A stretch of DNA of 64,000 bases from Nemertoderma westbladi (taxonomy: Eukaryota; Animalia; Xenacoelomorpha), in NCBI GenBank assembly GCA_032718475.1, contig JAUCBJ010001848.1:30884-94883 (forward strand), read 5' to 3'. Both the position numbers and the translations under genes were made by a program. Below, piece after piece: positions 11,770 through 23,700 of this stretch (positions are counted from its first letter, which is position 1; each line of letters starts with the position of its first letter). The notes below the pieces were generated by a model. It searched no databases, was not told where the DNA came from, and saw only the letters and a list, made by a program, of their open reading frames with translations.

Positions 11770-12918
11770 ATGATACTGGACGCACATGTACAACTCAAAC
11801 ACGTGGGTAGACACCACTGTCTATCACACTTACGCTCGAGGTTTGTACTGATTAGACCTAGTAAGGCACTGAGTTCGGTAACACGAAACTGTATGATTTG
11901 TAAGAAAGTGCACGTGAGGATAGGACACCAGGAAATGAGTGAACTACCACTAGCTAGATTACAGGCGTTTAGACCCCCTTTCACTGAGACGGGGATAGAC
12001 TGTTTTGGACCCATAATCGCGAAACGCGGAAGGGTACAGGTAAAACGTTGGGGATTGATCTTCACTTGCATGGCCAGCAGAGCTGTCCATATTGAGCGTG
12101 TGACAGATTTAACCACCAATGCCTTTATCCTAGCCTTACGGCGATTTATCGCTAGACGTGGATTGGTCAAATCCATTTACTGCGACCAAGGGACAAACTT
12201 TGTGGGTGCACGGAACGAGATAACCAGAGCTTTGAGAAAGTTGGACCAAAACCAGATTTCCGAGGAACTACGTTCTCACCATATTGTTTGGAATTTTAAT
12301 ACTCCAGACAGTCCGTGGAGAGGCGGCGTTTGGGAAAGGCTGATTGGCTCAATAAAAACAGCTATGGCTAAAGTGATACCGACGCAACACATTATGACAG
12401 ACGACCAACTGACGACGTTACTAATAGAAATCGAAGCGATCTTAAACACTAGACCGATCGCTTTGATCCCAGACAATAATGATGCACAGTTTGCCTTGAC
12501 ACCAGCGCACCTGCTTATGCAGGCGCCGACGACATTGTTGCCCATTTCGGTACCCGTTGATAGTGACGGATACTGCAACAAGGCTTGGAAAATCACTCAA
12601 CTACTTGCAAATAAATTCTGGGAAATATGGCAGAAATATTATTTGCCCTCTATTTCGACCAGAACCTCTTGGTATCTAAATACACGATGTTTGAGACGTG
12701 GTGACCATGTTTTATTGGCTGAAGCTAATCTGAAAAGACGGTTTTGGCTGACTGGAGTCATTTTGACCACACACCCTACATCCGGTGTAGTAAGGACCGT
12801 TACTGTTAGGACTATCGACGGGCGTACCGTAGATAGGCCTGTACAACGTCTCGTACTCCTAGAGGAAACTAGAAACGAGACAGGAGACTACAAATCTCCA
12901 CCCAATATTAGTAAATAG
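11770..12918 (+). CDS. BEL/Pao integrase (3' part of an interrupted pol)
   Basis: H..H...C..C zinc finger, GIDCFGP, AVHIE, CDQGTNFVGA, GGVWERLI, C-terminal FW..W...YLP...GVVRTV. Confidence 0.95.
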   Translation: MILDAHVQLKHVGRHHCLSHLRSRFVLIRPSKALSSVTRNCMICKKVHVRIGHQEMSELPLARLQAFRPPFTETGIDCFGPIIAKRGRVQVKRWGLIFTCMASRAVHIERVTDLTTNAFILALRRFIARRGLVKSIYCDQGTNFVGARNEITRALRKLDQNQISEELRSHHIVWNFNTPDSPWRGGVWERLIGSIKTAMAKVIPTQHIMTDDQLTTLLIEIEAILNTRPIALIPDNNDAQFALTPAHLLMQAPTTLLPISVPVDSDGYCNKAWKITQLLANKFWEIWQKYYLPSISTRTSWYLNTRCLRRGDHVLLAEANLKRRFWLTGVILTTHPTSGVVRTVTVRTIDGRTVDRPVQRLVLLEETRNETGDYKSPPNISK

Positions 12919-13659
12919 ATGTGGGACCTTTGATGGCCGCCACATAGCTTTACCGTATTTTAGTAATTTTGTATTTTGTATTACTGTATGTGCATTTGTA
13001 ATCCTCTTCACTGTAGATAGAGACAGCGGTGGAATTCCATTGTCTTTATATGTGAACATGGAGGGTAGTACCCTTATGTATCACATAGGAGCGGGATTGT
13101 GTGTACAGTAGGAATGGAATTCCACTTGGAACCCACAAGTGAGACAATTTTTCAAAAATTATTAGACAAATCCATTTATTTGGATTTAAATTTAAGAAAA
13201 ACGATTCTCCAGTGAATGCAAATTCTAGAATACAGCTAGATAAAAATTAAAATTTGGGGAGGACAAGAGCGGATGGAAGGCTTGCGAGCCTACCGATAAA
13301 TTTTTTGGAAAAAGAAAACCGGCCTTGTTCTACGTAGTCGTGTCTACTATTATTTAGACCAATTAATTCTCGACTGCACTATTTTCTTTTGGGAATGTAG
13401 TGGGGAAATTAAAAGGTGAGTATTTTAGACTCGCGGCGAGTTTACCCGGAATTCGTTTTTTATCGGCACATTTTTTTTTTTTTGGATTAGGAGCCAGTGC
13501 GAAATCACGCGAACCCGAAATCATTAGGCAAATGGGTTGGGGTTTAGAGCAGAGTTGAGCCAAAAGCCGACAAACTCTAAGTCACCTCACATCTAACCTC
13601 TATTTTGTGCTTCATCTAGTAGAAACGTAACGATATGTAACCATATATATTCGTATACG

Positions 13660-15723
13660 ATGGCGGAGAAGATGTATAAGGAGTTACGTCAAGGGTTTAC
13701 GCAAGAACAAGAGCACCAGGCGCCATTTAACCGTTATGGAGCTAAAAACTTTAGTGTGTTTGGAGTGGAGAGTATGGCTAGGAGTACAGCCAAGCTCGCT
13801 AAATCCAAGGCAGACCCGAATGTTACGCAACAGCAGTTGGACGCATATAACAAAAGAACGGAGGAATTACGCACGGAGTTCAATGCGTTATATCCCTACG
13901 ATGCGTTATGCGACGCTAGCGACATTTGCGAGGATCCAGACACGGAGATATGCCGATTGTATCATACGCTGCAATATTTGACGGTAAATGAACCTTTACC
14001 TGCAGCCAGAGACGAATTCGAAGGTATGCATCTTTATAGACGCGCCCGAGGAGCGGATCCAGAGAGCAAGGACGCGTTCTCCATATACAAACTGTTTTAT
14101 AAATGTGGAGCCTGTATGCGCGATCAAGACAACGCGATTCCTATGCGGTTGAACTCGGAGAACCCCGAGCCGATATTAGCGCGATGTTCACACCACCAAA
14201 GTCTACGTTACCAAGAAGGCGGATATCCTTTGACAAATCCGTATCATTCGTTTGAAATGAGTGGACCGAACGCGGGTGAGATCGTTATTTACGAACCCAA
14301 ATTAGTCGAACCAGACGTCTACAGCATGGTAGTGGACGAGTCTAATAAGTCGACACAAGAGAAACGGGAAGCTTTGAGCCTCTACAAGGCGTACAAGGCG
14401 TACGAGAAAGGCGAGATCGAGGAGTTCGGCGGAAGGCTCGTGGGCCTACCATTCTATTGGATATCCCACGATCAAACCGAACCCAAGGAGATGACACCCG
14501 AGCTCTTCGATAGTATCACCTTTGCTCAGCGTTTGTCGCAGAGACTACAGATACCTCATGTCGAGATGACGCGAGAACCTCAGCCCCATTCTACTGGAGC
14601 GATAGTACCGGTTGCGAGACCAACTAGTTTTCCTATTAGTATACCGACCCGGAAGGAGACAACTTACGAGATCCCTATAGTTGAACACCCGGAGATCATT
14701 TCGAACCTGGATTTCCTCCCATCGGTTACCTTTGGTGATGTGTTAGAGTCAGCCGAGTTGCGGAAAGTAATAGTTCAAAAAATCGTACGCAACGTGCCTC
14801 CACATATTACGGACTTTAAGGAAGTGGATGGCGCGGGGACGGATATCGCACCTTGTATCTTGCGAGGATATCTGATGAGAACGATTCGATTATGGATCGG
14901 AGTTGGAACGTTTGAGACCGACACCGATATCGCGACCAATTGGACCGGTAAACCTATTAGTTTCGATGATGAAAAGTCGATTGGGAGAATTTGGAACCCT
15001 ACCGACGATTTACTCGACGATTGGGATGTGACTAGCCGATCTCTAAAGGAGAATGGTTATATTTTTTACGATAATGAAGGAGGAAGCCATCAGCAAAGCC
15101 TCACTTCGAAGACTATACAGATTAGAGCACCAGATGGCGTGTTACATGTTTTCATCCGACAGAGGAGTGATAGGAAGATGCCTAAGCCGGAAGGAACGAC
15201 GCAAAGAAACGCGATGATAAAACGGATAGTTAAATCCATGGACCTGGCTTGTAGCATAGAAGCTAGGATGTTACCAAAGGCCGTGCGAGACGTTGTGTTT
15301 GACAAGAGCATCGTCAAGATCGGATCCGGTGTACGGGATGACCGTATTAGCGACTTTGCAGGGATGCCCACGGAAGAGGACCGATTGCCTACGCCATACG
15401 TGGATACTAGACCATTGTTGCTTTGGGCTATCGAGCAAGGATACTTTAGGGAGTATAACACGCTAAAAACTGGGACGGGTTATATCTCATATCTAATGTT
15501 CAGTTGGGATTACAAGGAGAGTAAGAGGAGCAAATACACGGACGTATACGGAGAGGGAGATACCCCCTGCGTAAACGAGTTCGAGTCACAGTTGAAGTGG
15601 CGAGGTTGCGTGTATTGGGCGATTACTTCACCTCCGCGAATAATCTTGCAATACTATTTAGCGATAGAATCTTCGGTTAACGTTTGTTTCATCGCGGATG
15701 TAGTATCCAGAACCCTAAAGTGA
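13660..15723 (+). CDS. BEL2 accessory protein, N-terminal part with DEDDy-like 3'-5' exonuclease
   Basis: GYIFYDNEG (ExoI DxE), LPKAVRDVVFDKSIVKIGSGVRDD (WRN-like ExoII), YVDT, QYYLAIE (ExoIII-like). Confidence 0.78.
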   Translation: MAEKMYKELRQGFTQEQEHQAPFNRYGAKNFSVFGVESMARSTAKLAKSKADPNVTQQQLDAYNKRTEELRTEFNALYPYDALCDASDICEDPDTEICRLYHTLQYLTVNEPLPAARDEFEGMHLYRRARGADPESKDAFSIYKLFYKCGACMRDQDNAIPMRLNSENPEPILARCSHHQSLRYQEGGYPLTNPYHSFEMSGPNAGEIVIYEPKLVEPDVYSMVVDESNKSTQEKREALSLYKAYKAYEKGEIEEFGGRLVGLPFYWISHDQTEPKEMTPELFDSITFAQRLSQRLQIPHVEMTREPQPHSTGAIVPVARPTSFPISIPTRKETTYEIPIVEHPEIISNLDFLPSVTFGDVLESAELRKVIVQKIVRNVPPHITDFKEVDGAGTDIAPCILRGYLMRTIRLWIGVGTFETDTDIATNWTGKPISFDDEKSIGRIWNPTDDLLDDWDVTSRSLKENGYIFYDNEGGSHQQSLTSKTIQIRAPDGVLHVFIRQRSDRKMPKPEGTTQRNAMIKRIVKSMDLACSIEARMLPKAVRDVVFDKSIVKIGSGVRDDRISDFAGMPTEEDRLPTPYVDTRPLLLWAIEQGYFREYNTLKTGTGYISYLMFSWDYKESKRSKYTDVYGEGDTPCVNEFESQLKWRGCVYWAITSPPRIILQYYLAIESSVNVCFIADVVSRTLK

Positions 15724-17391
15724 CACCCGTTATGTCTCGGCGAAGGACATACCTTTTACGATGGAGGAAGGACGCATACTGATGTATTCCGACGATTTCT
15801 CCAACCCTTTTATAACACCGATGCGCACTGCGAAGTTTTCACGCGAGCGGGACTTAGCGTTTTCAGGGACGTCTATCTCACTCACGCGGGAAGTCTAGTC
15901 GACAGACCGTCGATGTTAACGTTAGTACCCTACGACGGGGAACGCCACGCGGAATTCGAACGCCCGGAAGGATCCTGGAAGGCTCGCGAGCCTACCGCCC
16001 ATCACGACGATGTGGATCCGACCGAGTTGGCGCTAATAGACGAACCGTTGCGGCAACTCATAGAGATAGAGGAGAACCTTCCGAGGAAGACGCGAACTGA
16101 GATACGCGAGTTGGAGAAAAGCGATGCCATGGTTTGTGTACAACCTACGGAGACGAACATACCGACTGACCCGGATGATGAGAATTATCACGTGGACGGT
16201 AGCGCTCGCCCCATCGGAGATCTCATCTATGAGCGAGTTTGGTACCCTGCCAACACTATTTGTGGCAGATGCGGGGCAACTGGCCATCACGCAAAGAAAT
16301 CACGCAATCATCACGCAAAGAAGCACATATCTCTACCGGATTTAGTATGCAACTGGTGCAGGGATCAACGTTCGCACACTTTCTACACTTGCTGGCGTTT
16401 CGTGGCGCAGTGCACTTATTGTAATATTAAGGGCCATAGGGCATCCGAATGTCAACTTAGAGACGTCCCCTATGAGCACATGTCAGTTAAAATCGTTCGA
16501 CAGTTATTCGACCATTGGGAGGATCTAGCAGACGAGCATGTATCGACGCAGCGACGCCGTTTCCCTATGAGAGCACATTTGGGATTTTGGGCCGTAAACC
16601 CTCTCATAATGTCAAAGGAAGGATATGTATCGGCTATGCCTCAGTATGATGAATTGTTGGAGGTGTTGGATATATTGCCATTGGACAGCGGATTCAAAGT
16701 TGTGCGGGACTATTTCTTACAGGTGCACCCCGACAACAAGAATACTTGGAACTTTCAAACTGTGGTGAACAAGATTACCGCCGGAGAATTCGATAAACTG
16801 CGAGTTGAACAGCGGAATTGAGGAGCCCGGCATTCGATAGCTTAGGTATACCGGAGCGCATTTTATCACAAACGCGTAACCTCGTGTATTCTGGACGAGA
16901 CCGACGTTTTGCGTGAGACTGGCTTCAAGGCCACGTCGTTAGCAGAGAAGACGCGTCACCCACAGGATGATCAGCAATTTCGTATACTCAAAGCCCAGAA
17001 GGCCGGACAAGAAATAAAGAAGATAGTAAATGTCGCTGAGAGGACGACATCGAAGTCGCAAATCCGGATGACTCGGGGCACGGTTTCCCTTGCTAGAGAA
17101 CCACACGGATGGACGGGATACGCTTTGCCGGAACCCATTAGGATTCAAACGACGTCAGAGAGCGAGGTGTCAGCGGACGGAACAGTCCCACCCTTTCGAC
17201 TTCCTCCTAGCGTTGTGGAGACTCGATCCGATGTTAAGCCAACAGTTGGAATCGGACGAGGATTTAGAGGATTGAACGCACGATGGATGTGCGAAACTCC
17301 CATCGTCCCCTTTCCTAGTGTTTTTGAACCACCGACAACTCGACGCCGAAGTCCGAGCCCAGTTCGACATCGACCACCACCATCGCAATAG
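15724..17391 (+). pseudogene. In-frame continuation of the BEL2 accessory ORF with CCHC zinc knuckles
   Basis: ORFs 15913 and 16909 are in frame with 13660 and separated only by TGA 15721, TGA 16819 and TAG 16843; CGRCGATGH, CNWCRDQRSHTFYTC, CTYCNIKGHRASEC. Confidence 0.75.
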
Positions 17392-18058
17392 AGGACGTGG
17401 ACGAGCCCACTCAGCAAAGGAATAGGAAAGCGAGAAGAAGGAAGGCTTGCGAGCCTACCGATATTTGGATATTTATATTCGGATATTATATTTGGACACT
17501 ATATTTGGGTATTTATATCAGACATTATGTATGAATGTTGGATTTGGAGGAGCGAGATGGAAAGGAAGGCTTGCGAGCCTACCGTTAGCAATTAGTGCTC
17601 AGGAGAAGATATCCAGACCAGCAGGACGAACTTTCATATCGTCAAAGGGACACTTTAAGACTTATTTAAAGGATTTTAGCGCTTTATGTTTATTTTATAT
17701 TTGAACTGATTTAATTTGGTGGAAGTTTATTATGTATATTTACAATATAAAGATTTATTGAAAGAAGTTACAATTATTTGTTCGATTTGTTTTGATTTAT
17801 TTGTTCTGATTTGTTTGATTTGTTTATCTTGATAACCGAAAGCATTTTGTATTTTAGGCACTAAAGTTAATTGGTAAATTTGTATTTGTATGTACGATCG
17901 ATTGTATTTACGCCGTATCTGCAATATTAAGTATGCAATAATTAGATAGTGATTATTTTATTTTTTAGGCCCCACCAGTAGATTTAGAATTAGTTTGTAA
18001 ATATTTTGTATTTCGATTGGTGAAAACAGTCTTACTTACTGTTTTCATGGAGCGGTGA

Positions 18059-18935
18059 TGAATTATTTCACTATTAGATAGCATTTGTAGTTTAACTTTA
18101 ACGTAAAAACTTTCGAAAATCCGACGCATTTTGAGTAAGTTACAGTAATGTAATATGCCTATTCATATTTGTATACATAAAACCCCTAGTTACTCTCGTG
18201 GTGTAGTGGTCAGATTGTTAAGGCGTTGGTTACATTACAGATAGGTTACGAGTTCGAATCCCGGTCGGGAAATTTGTATTTTGGGGCCATTTATTTTCAT
18301 TTGGTACAGATTGGTAAGCCAATGAGGTGCGTACAACGTATCGAACGATGAGTTGGGCCAATCATAGGGCATGGAATATCTTATTGCTCCAATGTGAGGC
18401 CATCGAATACTCTCGAAGGTTCTAGTGAATTCTATGTCCTAGATTTAGTATATAAAGGGCTGGTTTGCCTTCGGTTATCACTTGTAAAATAACACTTATC
18501 ATTGTACTTGCTTAGCTTACTCTTGTAAACTTGCTGCACTAGTTGCACTAATCATTTCGTTATACTTTGTTAGTTTCTTGTTGAAACTATTGTAATTCTG
18601 TTTGATAAATCTTTTGCTAAACTGTAAATACACTGCAAACTCCTGAACATGTTTTCTTTTGGTCCAACCTTGGGACAGCCAAACATCGGGAAGATGGCAG
18701 CCTAGACCGTTAGGCCGTCAGCAACGCAGGGGAAAGATGTCCACAACACGCTAGCGCCCACATTGGATTTGACCGCGCACCCCCTTCGCCCTTCGAAATA
18801 CTCCACTTGCCATGCAGCGCCCACTTTATGAGGAAGGTAAGACTTTGTTCGACGCCCTTGCCCGCCGTAAGACCTATAGATCAGGGTAAGCGTGACGCCG
18901 TCCTGGATGCCGCAAAATTTAGGATCAAATAATTA
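18059..18935 (+). repeat. Putative BEL2 3' LTR
   Basis: Follows PPT-like CATGGAGCGGTGA; imperfect terminal inverted repeat TGAATTATTT...AAATAATTA; TATATAAA at 18449; partner LTR not in window, so the right end is uncertain (alternative CA end near 18748). Confidence 0.55.
18193..18271 (+). ncRNA. tRNA-derived Pol III promoter unit inside the putative BEL2 LTR
   Basis: A box TGGTGTAGTGG (18199), B box GAGTTCGAATCC (18250), acceptor-like TCTCG/CGGGA; anticodon arm not canonical. Confidence 0.6.
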
Positions 18936-19214
18936 TATTTAGGCAGTTCTAGGCCCCCTTTGTCAGTCCTGCGAACCCCTGGGTTAACCTGCATTTCTCA
19001 CAGGTGCGAACTATTGCCATTCGTCAGTACGCGAGTACATAGGTACGGACAGCATATGTTCCATAATTTAGTGATTCGTAGTACTGACTGTTTGGTACCG
19101 GTTCGCTTTGTAGAACATACATTAGTACCCCCCCCTGCCTGGAGTTAGTTATTTGATCAGGCAAGGAGTATTTCTGCTACCGGCACACCGCTTGGCCTAG
19201 GGAGGTTTTATTAA

Positions 19215-20747
19215 CCCTATTAGTACCGGGCTATAAAATGTTGTACAAATACCGGAAGGGGGTCATATTGACCCCCCCCCCCTCTAAAATCTACAAATAT
19301 TTACGAAAACGTCTGATTTTTTGTTTGTACGTAGGTATCACTTGTCTGGATCCGACAGAAAAAAAAATTTTCGAAAAAATGTACTGGGGTGGTTATATTG
19401 CAGCACCAAAATTACAAGTAGTGCACAATTTTCACCAAATTTGAAAGTTACATTTTCGGCTAATTATTTTTCTATACAGGTGTTCTGGGGTGCAAAATAC
19501 ATTGGAAAATATTAAAAAATGATATGATTACTATAAATGGCTGTTTAGTCCTCTCTGCGTAGGAAAAAAATGAAAAAAACAAGTAACCAGCACTTTTCAG
19601 TTAGAACACAAAATTTGTAATTCACTTATACGATGCTATAAATTCATATTTTCAGGTTTTCGAGGGCGCTGATTCTAATGGAATACATTTCTAATATGCC
19701 AGATCATTGCTACTTGTATTTTTCGGCGTAATTTGGCAAATTTTGGTGCTAGCACCAAATTTCGTACCCATCACCAAAAAGTACAAGTTTGCGATGTCCA
19801 GTGCTGTTTTTATTGATTCCATCGGATTCAGGACCCTCATAAATCCGTACAACGCAAGAAACAAGGTGATACTATCTACTTATCAATTTGCATATTTTCC
19901 AAAATTTGGTGCTGGCACAGCAATTTTCACCCACCGGCGAAAAATACAAGTTTGAGAACTCTTATGAAATTTTTACTGATTCCATTGAATTCATAACCAT
20001 CACAAACCCGTATAACGCAAGAAACAAGGTGACACAATCAAAATTTTGGTGCTAGCACCACATTTTGCACCCACATCGGAAAAATACAAGTTTGAGATGT
20101 CTAGATCGATAATTATATTTTCCATTGAATTCAGAACAGCCATAAACCTCTAAAACGCAAGAAATAAATTGTCACAAGCAATTTTATCTATTGAATGGAT
20201 TTTCAAAATTTCGTGCTAGCACCAAAATTTGCACACAGCACCGAAAAATACAAGTTTGATACGCTTGGTGCAACTCGTATATATTTCATTGAATCGAGAA
20301 ACCCAAAAAACCCCAATTGCGTAAAAAACAAGTTTCAAACGATCAATTTACAAAATTGACTTATTTCAAAATTTGGTGCTGGCATCAAAATTTGGCACCC
20401 ACCGAAAAAAACAAGTTTGAAATTTCTAAATAAATTTATATGAATTCCATCAAATTTCTAACACCAAAAAACCGGTGTAAATCAAAAATAGAGATGTTAC
20501 AATTCATATTTAATGAAATGTAATTTTCAAAAAACGTCTCAAAAAAAGTGCCAAAAGTAGGGTTAAAAAATGGTGCTATAACTCGAAAAGTACCCAATAT
20601 TTTTGAAAACGGTTTTCACTACTAGGAAGACAATAGATTTTTAGGAAAAGTCATAAAATTTCAGATTCCTAACTGCGTTTGTTTCAGAATTATAATAAAA
20701 AAACCACGAGGGGGGTCATATTGACCCCCCCCCCGGGTTTAATAGGG
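19215..20747. mobile_element. Non-autonomous piggyBac-like DNA transposon
   Basis: TTAA target duplication on both sides, CCCTATTA...TAATAGGG TIR, subterminal GGTCATATTGACC; partial copies at 38252-38665 and 45430-46190. Confidence 0.9.
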
Positions 20748-23700
20748 TTAATATCCTACCGCGCCTTGCCACGTACTGATAGGTATTGCTGCTATCTACC
20801 GCGGCAACAAAGTTCTAGAATTAAATTTGTATACCAGATCAGCTAACGTACGGTAGTGATTAACCCCTATTTCTTATCTTACAACCAGAATCTGGTATTA
20901 GTGCCGATCACGGGTGTAGTTACTAACACCGTGGTTGCCCATTGAGTTGTGGATAGGAAGGAGAGAGCTTTGACGTCATTTGTGAGTATAAAGTTCTACA
21001 AAACGCGACTAGTTCATTTTAGTAGCTAGCGCACGGTATCATTTCGGTCAGAAAATCACTAAAACCTAGTGAAAAGATATGAACCAAAATTGTTTTATTT
21101 GTAACACACCCACACACACACGCCCTAAAACATATTTACCCTTAGAGTTCTACTAGTTATAGCGTACTATATATTACTTTAGGCAGAATTTATCTGTATT
21201 TGTAAATTAGGATCTGATATTTAGTTACGGCAAGAAGGAGTATTTCATTTTCGTTATTAAACTGTTGTTTTCTGCTCAGCAGTATTGTTACATTAGGCAC
21301 GACCTTGTTTAGGCTGATTCAGACAGGGAGATCAGTATTGTAACGCTAGGGCTGTAACCCACCTAGCTCGTATATAAACCATATAAATCACACCGCGGCA
21401 AGTTACGGTATTTAGGACTGTCAGCGATAGTTAGGATTCGCTGCGCGGGGATTGTTTTCCCGTGAGTTTGGTCTGTTACTGTAACTGTACATCTGCCTCA
21501 CCGGTTAGAGGACAGGTATCCTTTTGTCTAGTTCGTAGGCATTAGACCCGCTCACGTACATAGAATAGACACTAGGCTCTGTTCCTCGCCAGTAGTAGTT
21601 TGTGTATTGTATCTGTTTGTTTAGATATCCTGGACTGGGATTTGTTGTCAGATACTGTACGAGCCCGTATACATTACTAGATCTTACGGTAAGATACATC
21701 GTTACTAGGATCCGGTAAGCGGTATACTACTGGACCTTACAGAGTCACTACACAGAAGCTGAATGCTCTCAGTGGTGTGCTACTTGTTGGACACTAATAC
21801 AGATAATTCTACTTTACTAAGTTACTTATCACTACATTATTACTTACAATTACAATGGGTTGAGATTACAATCTCTAAATGAACAATAAACAAGTTACAT
21901 GTACAATTTTTAGGGTAATTTTACAAGAAATCTACAAACCAGCCAAACAAGGAGTTAGAATATCTGGTTCTTTCAAACTGACAGGAAACTACGGTAGTTG
22001 AAAACAATAAGTAGTAGTAAGTAAATTGCTTTGTCCAGATAAGGAAATACCACCGTCTGACGACTTATAGTCTTAGCTCTATAAGTACTACGTTATATAC
22101 CCCGGAGTGTCCCTACCTAGAGGTTAATTACCGAAGCCAACCAGAGCTAACGTGCCTATTAACCACGTTACAACACAAATATACTGCCTACACACTAAAT
22201 TACTTTCGGAAAGCACTGTACTCTAAACCCTAGATTAGGTACAAGTACTTATACAACAAATAACCAGTAATATACTTGAACAGCCAAAATAACCTGCTGT
22301 GGAGTGACTGGAGCACAAAATCACCAGTCTTTACCTACGCCAAGCAGCCCTGATGTAGTACCGGGGTTAATTTAACTATAACGGTATGTATAACAAGCAC
22401 AATTACTGTAGGAATAAACTTGGGGAATTGGAGGTTGCGAATACTCGCATAGACTCTGAATAATAAATATTACGCTACCCGTGCAGACTATTCAAATAAA
22501 ACACAGACCAAATGCTGGCAGACTACTGTCAAGCCTAAACAAACTACAGTATATGCAGACTCCGAAATGGTTAGTTAGTAGGCGTTCTAACCAAGTAGTA
22601 TGACTTATTCTTTCGGGGGGGATTTACCTTACAACACTGAATGCCCCCACCTTCCTAACTAGCACTTTATCGGACAGAAACTCTACACACACTGCAATCG
22701 CCTCAGACCTAACAACAGTTAGACAACAATCTGGCCTACAAATTATTTATACAATCTGAGCAGGCTTACACGCCTTCTGCTCAATATTACACTTACAGAT
22801 AAATAAAACTGACAGAAATAAATAAGCTCTAAAAGAAATAAGGGGTCTACAGTCCCTACTTTCTTAAACAGCCTACTAATATACAATATATCACAATCGA
22901 AATAATACTGGTACCTGTAAGTACCGGTTCGGGTGGTTGGGCAGTTAGGCCTACAGTTTACCGTCCGACCGGTACATTCCACTTTATTGCCTACGGTGCA
23001 ATAAAGAACCGAACAAATCTATTAATGTTTGCGCTTTTAGACCTTTAGCAGTTTAACCTGCCAATTTTAGTTGTCCTCTTGTTTATAAATCGACTTTAGC
23101 CTATATCAATTACCTAGTGTACTGAAGTTACATCAGCCGAAGCCAGTCCGTGCGCGACCTATCACCCACGGTTTTGGGAGACTGGATTCGGATTCCTTGA
23201 GAGTTATTGCAGTGTAGACCTACTGTATTATTCGATTGATCGTTACTATATAATCTCTGACAATATATTTACTTTCGGGGAAATATTAACAGTTCCTTTA
23301 GGACGTGGCGTTTTAAGTATAAAAACAGAGTTATGACTTAAACTAATCACAACTAGATGGCCACAGAGTTTCGTAAATAGCACATTTTTTAGGAGATGCT
23401 TTATTAACCTTCACACTACTTCACACGACTTCACACTACTTCACACTACTTCGCACTGATCTGCCGACCGTCACTGAATTTGATCATATATAAGGAGGAT
23501 CGCAACTGACACACATAGGGACCATGAAATATCATTTAATTCACACAAAAACCACTATAATTTAAGTAGCAGTTGCTACCGGTAAACCTGTTCCTCTTAC
23601 CTTCAGTAATCAAGAAGATTGGGGGTTTTATGATTATTTATCGGTATTCTCCAAATATAACAGCAATATCCATTAATATAACGACAATTAATAACAAAAG

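Larger units (their letters stand above)
11741..18935 (+). mobile_element. BEL/Pao LTR retrotransposon BEL2, 3' part (integrase, accessory exonuclease-CCHC gene, putative 3' LTR)
   Basis: Integrase resumes immediately after the BEL1 LTR; long accessory frame 13660-17391; PPT-like tract and TG at 18059. Confidence 0.85.

Noticed and set aside
13660-17391. env gene
   Set aside because: No signal peptide, furin site or transmembrane segment seen; nuclease and CCHC motifs instead
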